31,362 nucleotides of DNA from Desulfatirhabdium butyrativorans (lineage in GTDB: Bacteria; Desulfobacterota; Desulfobacteria; Desulfobacterales; DYRK01). Below the pieces are notes generated by a model. It made no database searches. It saw only the letters and a list, made by a program, of their open reading frames with translations, and was not told the DNA's origin. Of this stretch, positions 1-9,195 are shown piece after piece. Numbering within the stretch: position 1 is the stretch's first letter; each line of letters begins with the position of its first letter. Location of the stretch: contig DYRK01000004.1 of assembly GCA_020718785.1 (NCBI GenBank), positions 1 to 31,362 on the forward strand, in the 5' to 3' direction. Position numbers and translations under genes: made by a program.

Positions 1-162
1 TAGGGGCATGTCGGCGACATGCCCTGCCTCTGATTAACACACAATTTTTAAAAAATAATCAGAAAAAATAATTCCGTAGGGGCATGTCGGCGACATGCCC
101 TGCCTCTGATTAACACACAATTTTTAAAAAAAATAAAGGGCATGTCGCCGACATGCCCCTAC
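1..162. repeat. REP/BIME-like cluster: GTAGGGGCATGTCGGCGACATGCCCT hairpin in two direct copies (1-25 truncated, 76-101) and one inverted copy (137-162)
   Basis: A 55-bp perfect direct repeat (1-55 vs 77-131, period 76). The third hairpin is the exact reverse complement. The GTAG tetranucleotide next to a GC-rich hairpin is the typical REP layout. Confidence 0.85.
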
Positions 163-175
163 AAAAGGAGGAAGA

Positions 176-1084
176 ATGAAGAAAATTTTTTTTGCATTGG
201 CAGGTCTGCTGATTGCTGCCGGGTTCTTTGCCCTTGACGCAAAGGCAGAAGACAAAGTGATCAAAATGTCCACTACTACCAGCACCCAGTCTTCGGGACT
301 TCTGGATGTGCTTCTCCCTGAATTGAAGAAAGATACGGGAATTGAAGTCAAAGTCTTTGCCAAAGGAACAGGTGCGTCTATCCGTGACGGCATAGACGGC
401 AATGTTGATGTTATTTTTGTCCATGCCAAAGAGCGGGAAGAAAAATTTGTGGCAGACGGATATGGCACAAAGCGTTATGCAGTCATGCACAATGACTTTA
501 TCATCGCGGGTCCTGCAAAAGACCCCGCGGGGATCAAAGAAGCAAAAGATGCTGCCGAGGCATTGAAAAAAATCGTCGAAAGCGGAGCAATGTTTGTCTC
601 CCGAGGCGATGACAGCGGAACCCATACCAAGGAGCAGGAATTGTGGAAAGCTTCGGGGCTTGAACTGGAAACCGTTAAAAAGCCTGTAGTCAAAGAGGAT
701 GGGAAAGAGCAGGAAATCAGCTTTGTCTATCCCAAGACTATGGGAAAAAATTATGTTTCCATCGGGCAGGGAATGGGCAAAACCCTGACTTTTGCCGATG
801 AAAAACAGGCTTATACGCTGGCGGACCGGGGAACTTATATCAATTATAAGCTCGGACGCAAAGAAGGGCTTCAACTGGAAATTCTCTCCGAAGGAGATTC
901 CCGGCTTTTCAATGCTTACGGGGTGATTCCGGTCAATCCCAAGAAATTTCCTCATGTGAAATACGATCTTGCCGAGCAGTTTGCCCAATGGCTGATTTCC
1001 GAGAGAGGGCAGTCGGTGATCGCTCATTATCAGGTGATGGGAAAGCAGTTGTTCTATCCTGACGCTATTCCTGATGTTAAATAA
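176..1084 (+). CDS. tupA: Tungstate ABC transporter substrate-binding protein
   Basis: Signal peptide, STTTSTQSSGLLD (TupA TTTS motif), GTGASI, FVSRGDDSGTH, GQGMG and YTLADRGTY motifs. RBS AAGGAGG lies upstream. Confidence 0.92.
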   Translation: MKKIFFALAGLLIAAGFFALDAKAEDKVIKMSTTTSTQSSGLLDVLLPELKKDTGIEVKVFAKGTGASIRDGIDGNVDVIFVHAKEREEKFVADGYGTKRYAVMHNDFIIAGPAKDPAGIKEAKDAAEALKKIVESGAMFVSRGDDSGTHTKEQELWKASGLELETVKKPVVKEDGKEQEISFVYPKTMGKNYVSIGQGMGKTLTFADEKQAYTLADRGTYINYKLGRKEGLQLEILSEGDSRLFNAYGVIPVNPKKFPHVKYDLAEQFAQWLISERGQSVIAHYQVMGKQLFYPDAIPDVK

Positions 1085-1104
1085 GAGAGACTTTTTCTCG
1101 TTTT

Positions 1105-1158
1105 CTTGTTCCCAAGCCCCGGCTTTCTTGTTCCCAAGCCCCAGCTTGGGAACAAGAG
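1105..1158. repeat. CTYGTTCCCAAGCCCC-GCTTGGGAAC family palindromic repeat with a partial tandem duplication, between convergent genes (possible terminator)
   Basis: cttgttcccaagccccggcttt + cttgttcccaagccccagcttgggaacaag. The same family occurs at 5860-5953 and 14822-14985. Confidence 0.8.
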
Positions 1159-1169
1159 TGCATAAGATT

Positions 1170-3974
1170 TTACTGCTTCTGCCGGATACTGGATTTCACC
1201 AGATCACGCACTTCGTTCAGCAGAGCTTCCTTTGTGTATGCCCCTTTCTGAAGAATTTTCTGCACCCGGCCGTTTAAGCGCAGACGATCTTCCTGTGAGA
1301 TGTCTTTGGCGGTGATGACTGCCACGGGAACAGACCGCCATGTCTCATGCTTCCTTATTTCATTTACAAACTGAAAGCCGTCCATCTCCGGCATCATCAG
1401 GTCAAGCAGAATCAGCGCGGGTCGGATTTCGCCAAGACGTTCCAGCGCAGTCCGTCCGTTCTCGGCTTCGGTCACTGCCCAGCCTTCTTTTTCCAGCATC
1501 CGCCGGAACATCTGCCGGGTAGCATTATCATCTTCCACCACAAGCACTGCGGAAGGCGGGGATTCGCTGCGGTATTTATGCAGAATCGAAAGCAGGCGGC
1601 TGCGGTCCACAGGCTTTATCATATATTCCGAGGCGCCCAGCGCGTAGCCCATGTTCCTGCTGTCTATAATAGTGAGCATAATCACCGGAATATCGGCTAA
1701 TTCAGGATCGGACTTGAACGCGGTCAGCACAGACCAGCCGTCCATGCCCGGCATCATCACATCCAAAGTGACGGCATCGGGACGGAATTCTTTTGCAGCT
1801 TTCAGCCCTTCCTCGCCTCCTGACGCGGTTTCCACCCGGAAGCCTTCTTTGCTGAGAAATCGCTTCATCATATCCCGCACATTTCTGTCATCGTCAATGA
1901 CCAAAACCGTGCTGGCGTTTTCAGGAAGTTCTTCAGCCGGCGATGACTCATCAGCCGGTTTCGTCCCGACCGGATCCGCAGATGTCTCAGGCTGAATTTC
2001 GGGGAGCGATACCGGAAGCCGGATAGTAAAGGCGGTTCCTTTTCCGTATTCGCTCTCTGCCCTTATGTCTCCGCCCATCATTTCACAGAATCGTTTGGTA
2101 ATAAGCAAACCCAGACCGGTTCCCCCGAATTTCCGTGTGGTTGAGGCATCGGCCTGGGAAAATGCCTGAAACAGCTTTCCCATCTGTTCGGGAGTCATTC
2201 CGATACCTGTGTCGCTGACCCTGAAAACAATCTGTTCTCCGGTTTGGGAAATCTCCCGGCTGACGCTCAGGCTGATCGCTCCGTTTTCGGTAAATTTGGA
2301 AGCATTGCTAAGCAGATTGAAGAGTCCCTGCCGCACTTTGGTCATATCTGTGTAAAGAGTTCCTATATCTTCAGGGCATGAGACATTCAGGGTATTGTTA
2401 TTTTTTTCCATAAGCGGATGAACCGTACTCACCACATCTCTGATCAGTTCACCGGCCTCGAAAGATTCGGGAAAAAGCTCCATCTTTCCGGCTTCGATTT
2501 TGGAAATATCGAGAATATCATTGATTAGAGAAAGGAGATGTTTGCCCGCGGACTGAATCTTCTGCAAATCAGGGATGGCAGATTCCAATGTGGCATCATC
2601 TCCCATGTCCTGGCCGTCTTCCACCAGCATTTCACTGTAGCCGATAATGGCATTGAGCGGAGTCCTGAGTTCATGACTCATATTTGCCAGAAACCCGCTT
2701 TTAGCCTGATTTGCAGTTTCGGCGGTCTCTTTGGCTTTTTTCAATTCTTCCTGAGCCTGTTTCCGCTCGGTGATTTCACGCCAGTTGACAATCATTCCGA
2801 TCAGTTCGGAGTCTTTTGCCGGTTTGTTGGCAATACATTCGAAACTGAGCCATGCGCTGTTTTTATGCCGAAACTGAAATTCCACGGCTCGAATCAGACC
2901 GGGATGCTGAATGACTTCTGTAAAAACCGCCCTGACTTCCGACAATTCATCGGGATGAATGAAGTCATAAATTTCTGTTCCGAGTAATTCTTCTGCCCCG
3001 TATCCCAATACTCGTTTCACCGAAGGACTCTCATAGCGGATCACTCCGTCATCGTTTAAAATCATAATGACATCCGAAGCATTCTCGATGAGAGAACGGA
3101 AACGCTCTTCGCTGCGTTGCAGGACGGTCATGGTCTGCCGAAGTTCCGAGACCATTTTGTTGAAGGCGTCTGCAAGACTGCCGAATTCATCCTTTCTGAA
3201 AATAGGAATATAGGTTTCCAGATTGCCGTTTTTGATCCGTTCCGCGCCCTCTGCAAGCATCCGTAAAGGAGAAGTCAGTCTTCGGGTCAGAAGCAGCAGC
3301 GCAATGGCTGTAATGAAGAGAACCGTAAAAGCCAGAAAGGTGACGTAAGATTTGATCTGTCTGACGCCGCCGTAAACCTCATCTTCCGGATCCATTGCGA
3401 AAATATACCATTCCCAAGCAGGGAAGTAGTCATACATCATCAGATGCGTCACCCCCTTTGAGGAATAGACAAAATTACTTCTGTCGGAAAGTCCGAAAAT
3501 ATCGGCAGACAGGTTGAAATTGAGAAAAGAGGCAATTTCGGATATTCGGGACACCAGGAGCGATTCCGAAGAATCGTCCGAGGAGGGTTTTTCGCTGATA
3601 ACATTTCGGAACCATTCCTCTTTTTTCAGACTGGTTCCTCTCAGAGAGGCATCCGGATGAGCGACGACAAATCCGTAGGCATTGACTACAAACATATATC
3701 CCTGTTTGCCTACGCTCACAGACTGCATGGCATCAATAGCGTCTGAACGTACCTGCTTCACCGCAATATCCGAATCGTCGATGCCGAGGTTTTTGATCAT
3801 GTCTTGATGGTCTTGGGCAACTTTTACCACTTCTGCCAGACGACCCTCCAGCCATGCTTTGCCCAGACTGGTCAAAGCCTGATAAGAAAAAAAATAACTC
3901 ATGCCTGCCGCGATGATCAGCGGAAAAATCACCAGCGGAAAAGTGGTCGCTAATATTTTGGTGTAAATCTTCAT
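1170..3974 (-). CDS. Hybrid sensor histidine kinase (TM-Cache-TM-HAMP-PAS-HisKA-HATPase-REC-REC)
   Basis: H-box FLANMSHELRTPLNAIIG, N-box NLLSNASKFT, G-boxes DTGIGM and GGTGLGL, two receiver domains (IDDD..LDVMMPGMDG; VEDD..LDLMMPEMDG), HAMP (RKDEFGSLADAFN) and PAS (FIHPDE). Confidence 0.95.
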   Translation of the reverse strand: MKIYTKILATTFPLVIFPLIIAAGMSYFFSYQALTSLGKAWLEGRLAEVVKVAQDHQDMIKNLGIDDSDIAVKQVRSDAIDAMQSVSVGKQGYMFVVNAYGFVVAHPDASLRGTSLKKEEWFRNVISEKPSSDDSSESLLVSRISEIASFLNFNLSADIFGLSDRSNFVYSSKGVTHLMMYDYFPAWEWYIFAMDPEDEVYGGVRQIKSYVTFLAFTVLFITAIALLLLTRRLTSPLRMLAEGAERIKNGNLETYIPIFRKDEFGSLADAFNKMVSELRQTMTVLQRSEERFRSLIENASDVIMILNDDGVIRYESPSVKRVLGYGAEELLGTEIYDFIHPDELSEVRAVFTEVIQHPGLIRAVEFQFRHKNSAWLSFECIANKPAKDSELIGMIVNWREITERKQAQEELKKAKETAETANQAKSGFLANMSHELRTPLNAIIGYSEMLVEDGQDMGDDATLESAIPDLQKIQSAGKHLLSLINDILDISKIEAGKMELFPESFEAGELIRDVVSTVHPLMEKNNNTLNVSCPEDIGTLYTDMTKVRQGLFNLLSNASKFTENGAISLSVSREISQTGEQIVFRVSDTGIGMTPEQMGKLFQAFSQADASTTRKFGGTGLGLLITKRFCEMMGGDIRAESEYGKGTAFTIRLPVSLPEIQPETSADPVGTKPADESSPAEELPENASTVLVIDDDRNVRDMMKRFLSKEGFRVETASGGEEGLKAAKEFRPDAVTLDVMMPGMDGWSVLTAFKSDPELADIPVIMLTIIDSRNMGYALGASEYMIKPVDRSRLLSILHKYRSESPPSAVLVVEDDNATRQMFRRMLEKEGWAVTEAENGRTALERLGEIRPALILLDLMMPEMDGFQFVNEIRKHETWRSVPVAVITAKDISQEDRLRLNGRVQKILQKGAYTKEALLNEVRDLVKSSIRQKQ

Positions 3975-4005
3975 TTCTCAATTCTCACTTTTCAATTCTC
4001 ACTTT
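3975..4005. repeat. Heptamer short tandem repeats (TTCTCAC/AAGTGAG type)
   Basis: ttctcaa-ttctcac-ttttcaa-ttctcac spans the SBP stop and the space before the kinase start. Confidence 0.7.
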
Positions 4006-5625
4006 CCTGCTCTTCTCCGTAATCAGCGGATAAAAAGCCGGGGAAGTGACAGAACTGTAGCCTAAGTCAAGAGAACGCCTGCGTGCATGAACCGGCTTCA
4101 GATAATGAATCGGATAGGCAATGCTATGGTCGAGAATTTTCAACTGGGCATAAGTCCAAAGTTTTATCTGTTTTTCAGGATTGACTTCCGCACGCGCCGC
4201 CTCGATGAGTTTGTCCGCTCCTGTATAATGGGAAAAATTGGCATCGGGTCTGCGCCCGGTTTTCACGGTGGCGTCTGAATGAAAAAAACGCGTCAGCACC
4301 GCATCCGCGTCCGGGCGCCAGGCAATGTAAATAACAAGAGGATTGGCATCCTGACGGATCAGCGAGTGCATGGAAGAATGAATCACGGCTCTGAGTTTGC
4401 ATTCGATTCCTATGGCAGCAAGCTGCGCTTTCATGCTTTCATAATATTTACGATAGGTCTGTCTTTCGGAAGTCACAATTTCCAAAGGAAAACCTTGAGG
4501 ATAACCGGCTTCTGCCATGAGTTTTTTGGCTTTTTCTGGATTTGCGGCATAATCCAGCCCGAACTCTCTGACTTTTTCTGTTTTCAGACCGCCGGTGAGA
4601 TATTGCGCGGGAACAGGGGCATAAATATTTTCGACCACCCGGGTGCCGAAAGCTTCTGCAAATGACTCTCTTCTGAGCGTATAGGCTACGGCTCTGCGAA
4701 TCCGGATATCATCGAAGGGATGAATTGAGGTATTGAAGTGAAGCATTACGGTTTCGCCGATGCCCTCCAGGTCAACCGCAATATCAGGGTCAACCGCAAT
4801 ATCAGGCAATTGCTCCATTTTCTCAATCCAGCGGGTATCGGCAATACCGTCAATCAAATCCAATCTTCCTGCTTTCAAACCCGCTTCCCGTTTGGCTATA
4901 TCGGGCATAAAAAGGATTTCCACGCCTTCCAGCGCAGGACATCCGCGGAAATATTGAGGATAGGCTTTCAGGCTGATTTTTTCCCCCGGTTCAAGGCTTT
5001 CGAACATAAAGGGACCTGTTCCCACAGGAGAGATTTTGAACTGCTCATATCCCATGGTCTCGATTGCCCTTTTGCTCACGATAAAGCCGCCGCTGTATGT
5101 AGTAATACGTGGCATAAAAAGGGAGCGGGAGATCGGCTTTTCCAGAATGATGCTGACCGTATAATCATCATCTTTCTTTTTTTCTACAGACATTCCGCTA
5201 TAGTCGCCGGCATATATGGGATTCACCGATTTGAAGGTTTTTTGCAGGGAAAAGACCACATCGTCTGGGGTGAGTTCATAGGGTTCAGTCATAGGACCGG
5301 GATGAAACATCACGCCTTTCCGCAAGTGAAATGTCCATAGCTGCCTGCCGCCGCTGATCATTTCGGGATCAGGAATATTTTCAGCCAGATCAGGTTCAAT
5401 CTCCTCTGGATGTCCGGGTTTGCACCGGAGCAGACGGCTGAACATCATTTCCGCAACGCTGCGGTCCTGGGATTCGGCGGCAAAATGAGGGTCCAGCATT
5501 TCCATATCTTTTGCATCCATTGCAAAGCGCAGAATGCCGGACTGTCCGCATGAGGCTGAATCAGGCAGACACAACAATACCGCTGTCAGCAGCAGCAATA
5601 TCAAAAAAAGAGTTTTATGTTTCAT
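3985..5625 (-). CDS. Family-5 (peptide/nickel-type) ABC substrate-binding protein
   Basis: Signal peptide, LDPH, PDLAE, WTFHLRKGVMFH, PVGTGPFMF and DIRIRRAVAY motifs of SBP_bac_5. Contains an in-frame 18-nt tandem duplication at 4770-4805 (PDIAVD twice). Confidence 0.9.
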   Translation of the reverse strand: MKHKTLFLILLLLTAVLLCLPDSASCGQSGILRFAMDAKDMEMLDPHFAAESQDRSVAEMMFSRLLRCKPGHPEEIEPDLAENIPDPEMISGGRQLWTFHLRKGVMFHPGPMTEPYELTPDDVVFSLQKTFKSVNPIYAGDYSGMSVEKKKDDDYTVSIILEKPISRSLFMPRITTYSGGFIVSKRAIETMGYEQFKISPVGTGPFMFESLEPGEKISLKAYPQYFRGCPALEGVEILFMPDIAKREAGLKAGRLDLIDGIADTRWIEKMEQLPDIAVDPDIAVDLEGIGETVMLHFNTSIHPFDDIRIRRAVAYTLRRESFAEAFGTRVVENIYAPVPAQYLTGGLKTEKVREFGLDYAANPEKAKKLMAEAGYPQGFPLEIVTSERQTYRKYYESMKAQLAAIGIECKLRAVIHSSMHSLIRQDANPLVIYIAWRPDADAVLTRFFHSDATVKTGRRPDANFSHYTGADKLIEAARAEVNPEKQIKLWTYAQLKILDHSIAYPIHYLKPVHARRRSLDLGYSSVTSPAFYPLITEKSRKVRIEK

Positions 5626-5678
5626 AGTCAGATTGATGTCTTTGAGAAGTTATGAATTTGGAGTACCTTCCTGGACTG

Positions 5679-5707
5679 TCTATAAAAGAAAGTGATCTGA
5701 CTGTCAA
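5679..5707 (-). promoter_or_regulatory. Putative sigma70 promoter for the SBP-kinase pair
   Basis: Minus strand reads TTGACA-N17-TATAGA, about 55 nt upstream of the SBP start. The -10 element is imperfect. Confidence 0.4.
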
Positions 5708-5777
5708 GCAGCAATTCTCATTTTGAAAAACGGACTTGAACATTATCTGCGGAAACAGCCGGAATCTCCTTTTATGT

Positions 5778-5800
5778 AAAGCGGGTTTGAAACCCGCTTT
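5778..5800. repeat. REP-like hairpin GCGGGTTTGAAACCCGC
   Basis: aaagcgggtttgaaacccgcttt. The same core recurs at 14883-14913. Confidence 0.75.
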
Positions 5801-5859
5801 AACGTGAGTTCGACATAAAAAATGACTGATTTTTAATATTGTCAGACGGATATATTTTC

Positions 5860-5953
5860 CTCGTTCCCAAGCCCCGGCTTCGGGCCGTCTCCCGTCACGG
5901 GAAGCCGGGGCTTCCCCGGCAAGTGCGTTCCCAAGCCGGGGCTTGGGAACGAG
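5860..5953. repeat. Composite palindromic repeat (CTCGTTCCCAAGCCCCGGCTT ... GCTTGGGAACGAG)
   Basis: Inverted termini plus internal hairpins gaagccggggcttc and gttcccaagccggggcttgggaac. Confidence 0.85.
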
Positions 5954-6048
5954 AAAAGCGCAGACAAAATAAAAAATCTCCCCCGGATTCACCGCATGAC
6001 ACTTTTTTTTAATCCCGTATTTATCCGGGAAAGATGTCATGCGGCAGA

Positions 6049-7116
6049 TCAGGGAGAGATTTTTTTGAATTCAGACAGAATCGGCTTTTCAGCGGAGATG
6101 AGCCAGAATGTAAACGACTTCCGCCGTACCGATTTTTCCGTCTCCGTCCACATCCGCATTGAGATTGACGGTCTGAGGCGCAGAGATTGTGATTCCAGCC
6201 ATAATTCCGAAGCGATTCCGTCCATAATCTGCAAGGCAAAAACCGCATCGGCAGCCTCGACCTTGCCGTTTCCGTCAACATCGCCGGGAAGTTTTCCGGT
6301 GCAGGCGCAGGTGCAGGTCAGCGTGTATGTCGCCGGACTGCCCGAAGCATTGTGATTCACGGTCAATGTCGCTGTTCTGAGTCCGGCAGCGGCAGGCGTG
6401 CACTGAACCGTGAGATTCTGAGCGGCTCCGCCGTCCGCAAGGGTCAGGGTTGCGGGCGTAACCGAAAAATCACCCGGGTTTGCGCCGGCGAGAGCATGGC
6501 CTGCAACTTGCAATTCGGCATTGCCGGTCTCGCTGACAGCAAGAGCCGTGCTGACAGGCGATCCGACATTTGCCGTTCCGACATTGACTGTGCTGCCGGG
6601 AGCCGGACTTGAACCGTAACCCGGAGTTGCCGCAGCCGTTCCCGTACAGTTCAGCGTGTATGTCGCCGGACTGCCCGAAGCATTGTGATTCACGGTCAAT
6701 GTCGCTGTTCTGAGTCCGGCAGCGGCAGGCGTGCACTGAACCGTGAGATTCTGAGCGGCTCCGCCGTCCGCAAGGGTCAGGGTTGCGGGCGTAACCGAAA
6801 AATCACCCGGGTTTGCGCCGGCGAGAGCATGGCCTGCAACTTGCAATTCGGCATTGCCGGTCTCGCTGACAGCAAGAGCCGTGCTGGCCGGTGAACCGAC
6901 CGCTGCTGTTCCGACATTGATCGTGCTGCCGGATGCGGGACTTGAGCCGTAGCCGGGAGTGCATGGCAGATCCGCACCGCTACAGTCTTCATCAATGCCG
7001 TTGCCGCAGATTTCCGTAGCTCCTGGATTAATAGCCGGGTCGGTGTCGTCGCAGTCCTCAACAGAAGAATACGAGGCACACGCCGCTGCTGTTGCATTGG
7101 AATCACATCCGGACAC
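6049..7116 (-). pseudogene. Truncated, frameshifted surface/secreted protein: DCDD metal-binding motif, two Ig-like (ASH/choice-of-anchor-D-like) repeats and a C-terminal dockerin-like double EF-hand
   Basis: DCDDTDPAINPGATEICGNGIDEDC motif, then two 111-aa repeats, then PGDVDGNGKVEAADAV. The second EF-hand (NADVDGDGKIGTAEVVYILAHLR*, stop 6089-6091) lies in another frame because of a 23-nt insertion at 6206-6228. No signal peptide, and the frame runs upstream into unrelated sequence. Confidence 0.75.
6319..6886. repeat. Intragenic tandem duplication, period 333 bp
   Basis: 6319-6553 and 6652-6886 read identical at the nucleotide level, then diverge moderately. Confidence 0.9.
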
Positions 7117-7162
7117 ACTGCAATCTGAGGGAACAGATGTGAAGTAGAAGGCTAAAAAAGCC

Positions 7163-7271
7163 GACGGTCTGAGGCGCAGAGATTGTGATTCCAGCCATAA
7201 TCTTCAGGGCAAGAATCGCATCGGCAAGCTCGACCTTGCCGTTTCCGTCAACATCGCCGGGAAGTTTTCCG
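7163..7271 (-). pseudogene. Isolated first half of a second dockerin-like domain (LPGDVDGNGKVELADAILALKIMAGITISAPQT)
   Basis: Near-identical in DNA to 6167-6298 apart from the 23-nt insertion there. It has no credible gene context. Confidence 0.7.
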
Positions 7272-7323
7272 AATAAAATAAGAATGTTATCAGATAAGCC
7301 GAAAAGTGATAATCCCCAGAACA

Positions 7324-7412
7324 ATGAAACTGCCCCATGCGCTGAAAAAGCTTTTGTTGATATTGAGAAACTTCGAGGCTATTGTCTGAACCTAGCCTAT
7401 GAAAGAGGCAAA
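7324..7412 (+). pseudogene. 5' remnant of a DUF6883-like toxin gene
   Basis: ATG AAA CTG CCC CAT [gc] GCT GAA AAA GCT TTT GTT GAT ATT GAG AAA CTT CGA GGC TAT TGT CTG AAC reads MKLPH-AEKAFVDIEKLRGYCLN..ERGK once a 2-nt duplication is removed. This matches the DUF6883 N-terminus as I recall it, and similarity ends after about 30 codons. Confidence 0.6.
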
Positions 7413-7619
7413 AACCCGTTGTCCTGGGGCATAACAGTTTTTCTTCAAAACTCTTGCAAATCTCCGCAAATCATTGTATCATGTCTTTAAGACTGATGGA
7501 CTCTTGATAATCAAGTCTTTTTGTTCCCGAAAAAAACTCAGGAACGCTATGTGATGGTCGGTGTCAGGTTCATAATCAGGTTTTAAAAAACTCGAATTTT
7601 AATAACTCACGTTACGCAA

Positions 7620-7649
7620 CTGTCATTCCTGCTTTCGCAGGAATGACAG
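7620..7649. repeat. dRS3-like palindrome CTGTCATTCCT-N8-AGGAATGACAG
   Basis: 11-bp perfect stem. The ATTCCY-N8-RGGAAT layout resembles the Neisseria dRS3 consensus. Confidence 0.7.
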
Positions 7650-7725
7650 CGGGACGTCTGATTTACGTCCGGCTGCGTAACATCAGTTAATAAACCATAA
7701 CTGATGATAACTGCAGGATACAATA

Positions 7726-9135
7726 ATGATCACTGAAAAACAGGCAAAAGAACTCAGGAAACAGATTGAACGGAAGCCGTCTCTGGCTTGGGATGTGATG
7801 GACAAACAGGAGACAGATGAAGCCTTTAAGCTTGCAGAAAGATATAAAACTTTTCTGGACGCAAAGACAGAGCGGGAAGCTATGTCTGCCATCGTGAATG
7901 CAGTCGTAAAAAGCGGATTCAAGAATGCGGACGACAGATCCGAGGGCGGCAAATATTATAAAGTGCTTCGAAACAAAGCCGCTGCTCTTGCGGTTATGGG
8001 CAAAAAGCCGCTGTCCGAAGGCAGCCGGATTGTTGCCGCGCATATTGACTCGCCCCGGCTGGACCTGAAGCAAAACCCGCTTTACGAGGAAGTCGAACTG
8101 GCTTTCCTGAAAACCCATTACTACGGCGGTATCCGCAAGTATCAATGGCTTGCCAGACCTTTGGCCATGCACGGCAAGGTCGTAAAAAGCGACGGGATCG
8201 AATTCAATTTCATCATCGGCGAATCGGACAGCGATCCTGTGTTTACAATCGCAGACCTTCTGCCGCATCTTGCAGGAAAAGTGCAAAGCGATAAAAAACT
8301 CTCCGAAGCCTTTGAAGGAGAAAAGCTGAACATCCTTGTGGGAAGTCTGCCTTTGGGAAACAACAAGATCAAGGATCGCTTCAAACTCCACGTCCTGAAT
8401 TATCTCTATGAGAAATACGGCATGATCGAAGAGGATTTCACTACTGCCGAAATCGAACTTGTGCCTGCGGGAAAAGCCAGAGATATCGGTTTTGATAAAA
8501 GTCTGGTCGGGGCTTACGGACAGGATGACCGGATATGTGCATTTACTGCACTCGAGGCTTTGCTCGGAACAAAAAAACCGGAATTTACCTCGGTAGCATT
8601 GTTTTACGACAAAGAAGAAATCGGCAGCGAAGGCAATACCGCCGCTCAGTCCCGCTTTCTGGAGGAATTTGTCTCTGATTTGTTTGCCAAAGCCGGTTCT
8701 GAAGCCAGCGAACGCATTCTGAGAAAAGCTCTGATCGCTTCCACGGCGATTTCGGCAGATGTCAACGGCGCATTGGATCCTGATTTTCAGGATGTCCATG
8801 ACAAACGGAACGCTGCACGCCTCGGATACGGGGTCTGTATCACCAAATTTACCGGCTCCGGCGGAAAAGGCGGCGCAAATGATGCGAATGCCGAATATCT
8901 CGGTCTGCTCCGCAGAATTTTCAATGAAAACAGCATAGTCTGGCAGACCGGAGAACTCGGAAAGGTGGATATCGGCGGAGGCGGAACCATCGCAAAGTAT
9001 CTGGCATCTTACGGCATGGAAATCGTTGACTGCGGCCCCGCGGTGCTTTCCATGCACTCTCCGTTTGAAATATCGTCCAAAGCAGACATTTACATGACCT
9101 TTAAAGCTTATAAGGCTTTTTTTGCAGCAAAATAA
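7726..9135 (+). CDS. M18 family aminopeptidase (aspartyl aminopeptidase/aminopeptidase I-like)
   Basis: AHIDSPRLDLK, THYYGGIRKYQW, GQDDRICAF, DKEEIGSEG, SADV and MHSPFE metal-binding motifs. Confidence 0.93.
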   Translation: MITEKQAKELRKQIERKPSLAWDVMDKQETDEAFKLAERYKTFLDAKTEREAMSAIVNAVVKSGFKNADDRSEGGKYYKVLRNKAAALAVMGKKPLSEGSRIVAAHIDSPRLDLKQNPLYEEVELAFLKTHYYGGIRKYQWLARPLAMHGKVVKSDGIEFNFIIGESDSDPVFTIADLLPHLAGKVQSDKKLSEAFEGEKLNILVGSLPLGNNKIKDRFKLHVLNYLYEKYGMIEEDFTTAEIELVPAGKARDIGFDKSLVGAYGQDDRICAFTALEALLGTKKPEFTSVALFYDKEEIGSEGNTAAQSRFLEEFVSDLFAKAGSEASERILRKALIASTAISADVNGALDPDFQDVHDKRNAARLGYGVCITKFTGSGGKGGANDANAEYLGLLRRIFNENSIVWQTGELGKVDIGGGGTIAKYLASYGMEIVDCGPAVLSMHSPFEISSKADIYMTFKAYKAFFAAK

Positions 9136-9195
9136 ATAAATGAGGGTCAGAGGTGAGGGGTCAGAGGTTGCGACCCTTCACCTCTTTTAAATATT

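Noticed and set aside
110-1027. 305-aa minus-strand ORF
   Set aside because: Antisense shadow of tupA with no motifs.
5615-6040. 141-aa minus-strand ORF
   Set aside because: It is a translation of palindromic repeats and the SBP promoter region.
7503-7516. FNR or Fur box (cttgataatcaag)
   Set aside because: The spacing is TTGAT-N1-ATCAA rather than N4, and it is only a partial Fur-like core.
7687-9057. 456-aa minus-strand ORF
   Set aside because: Antisense shadow of the M18 aminopeptidase.
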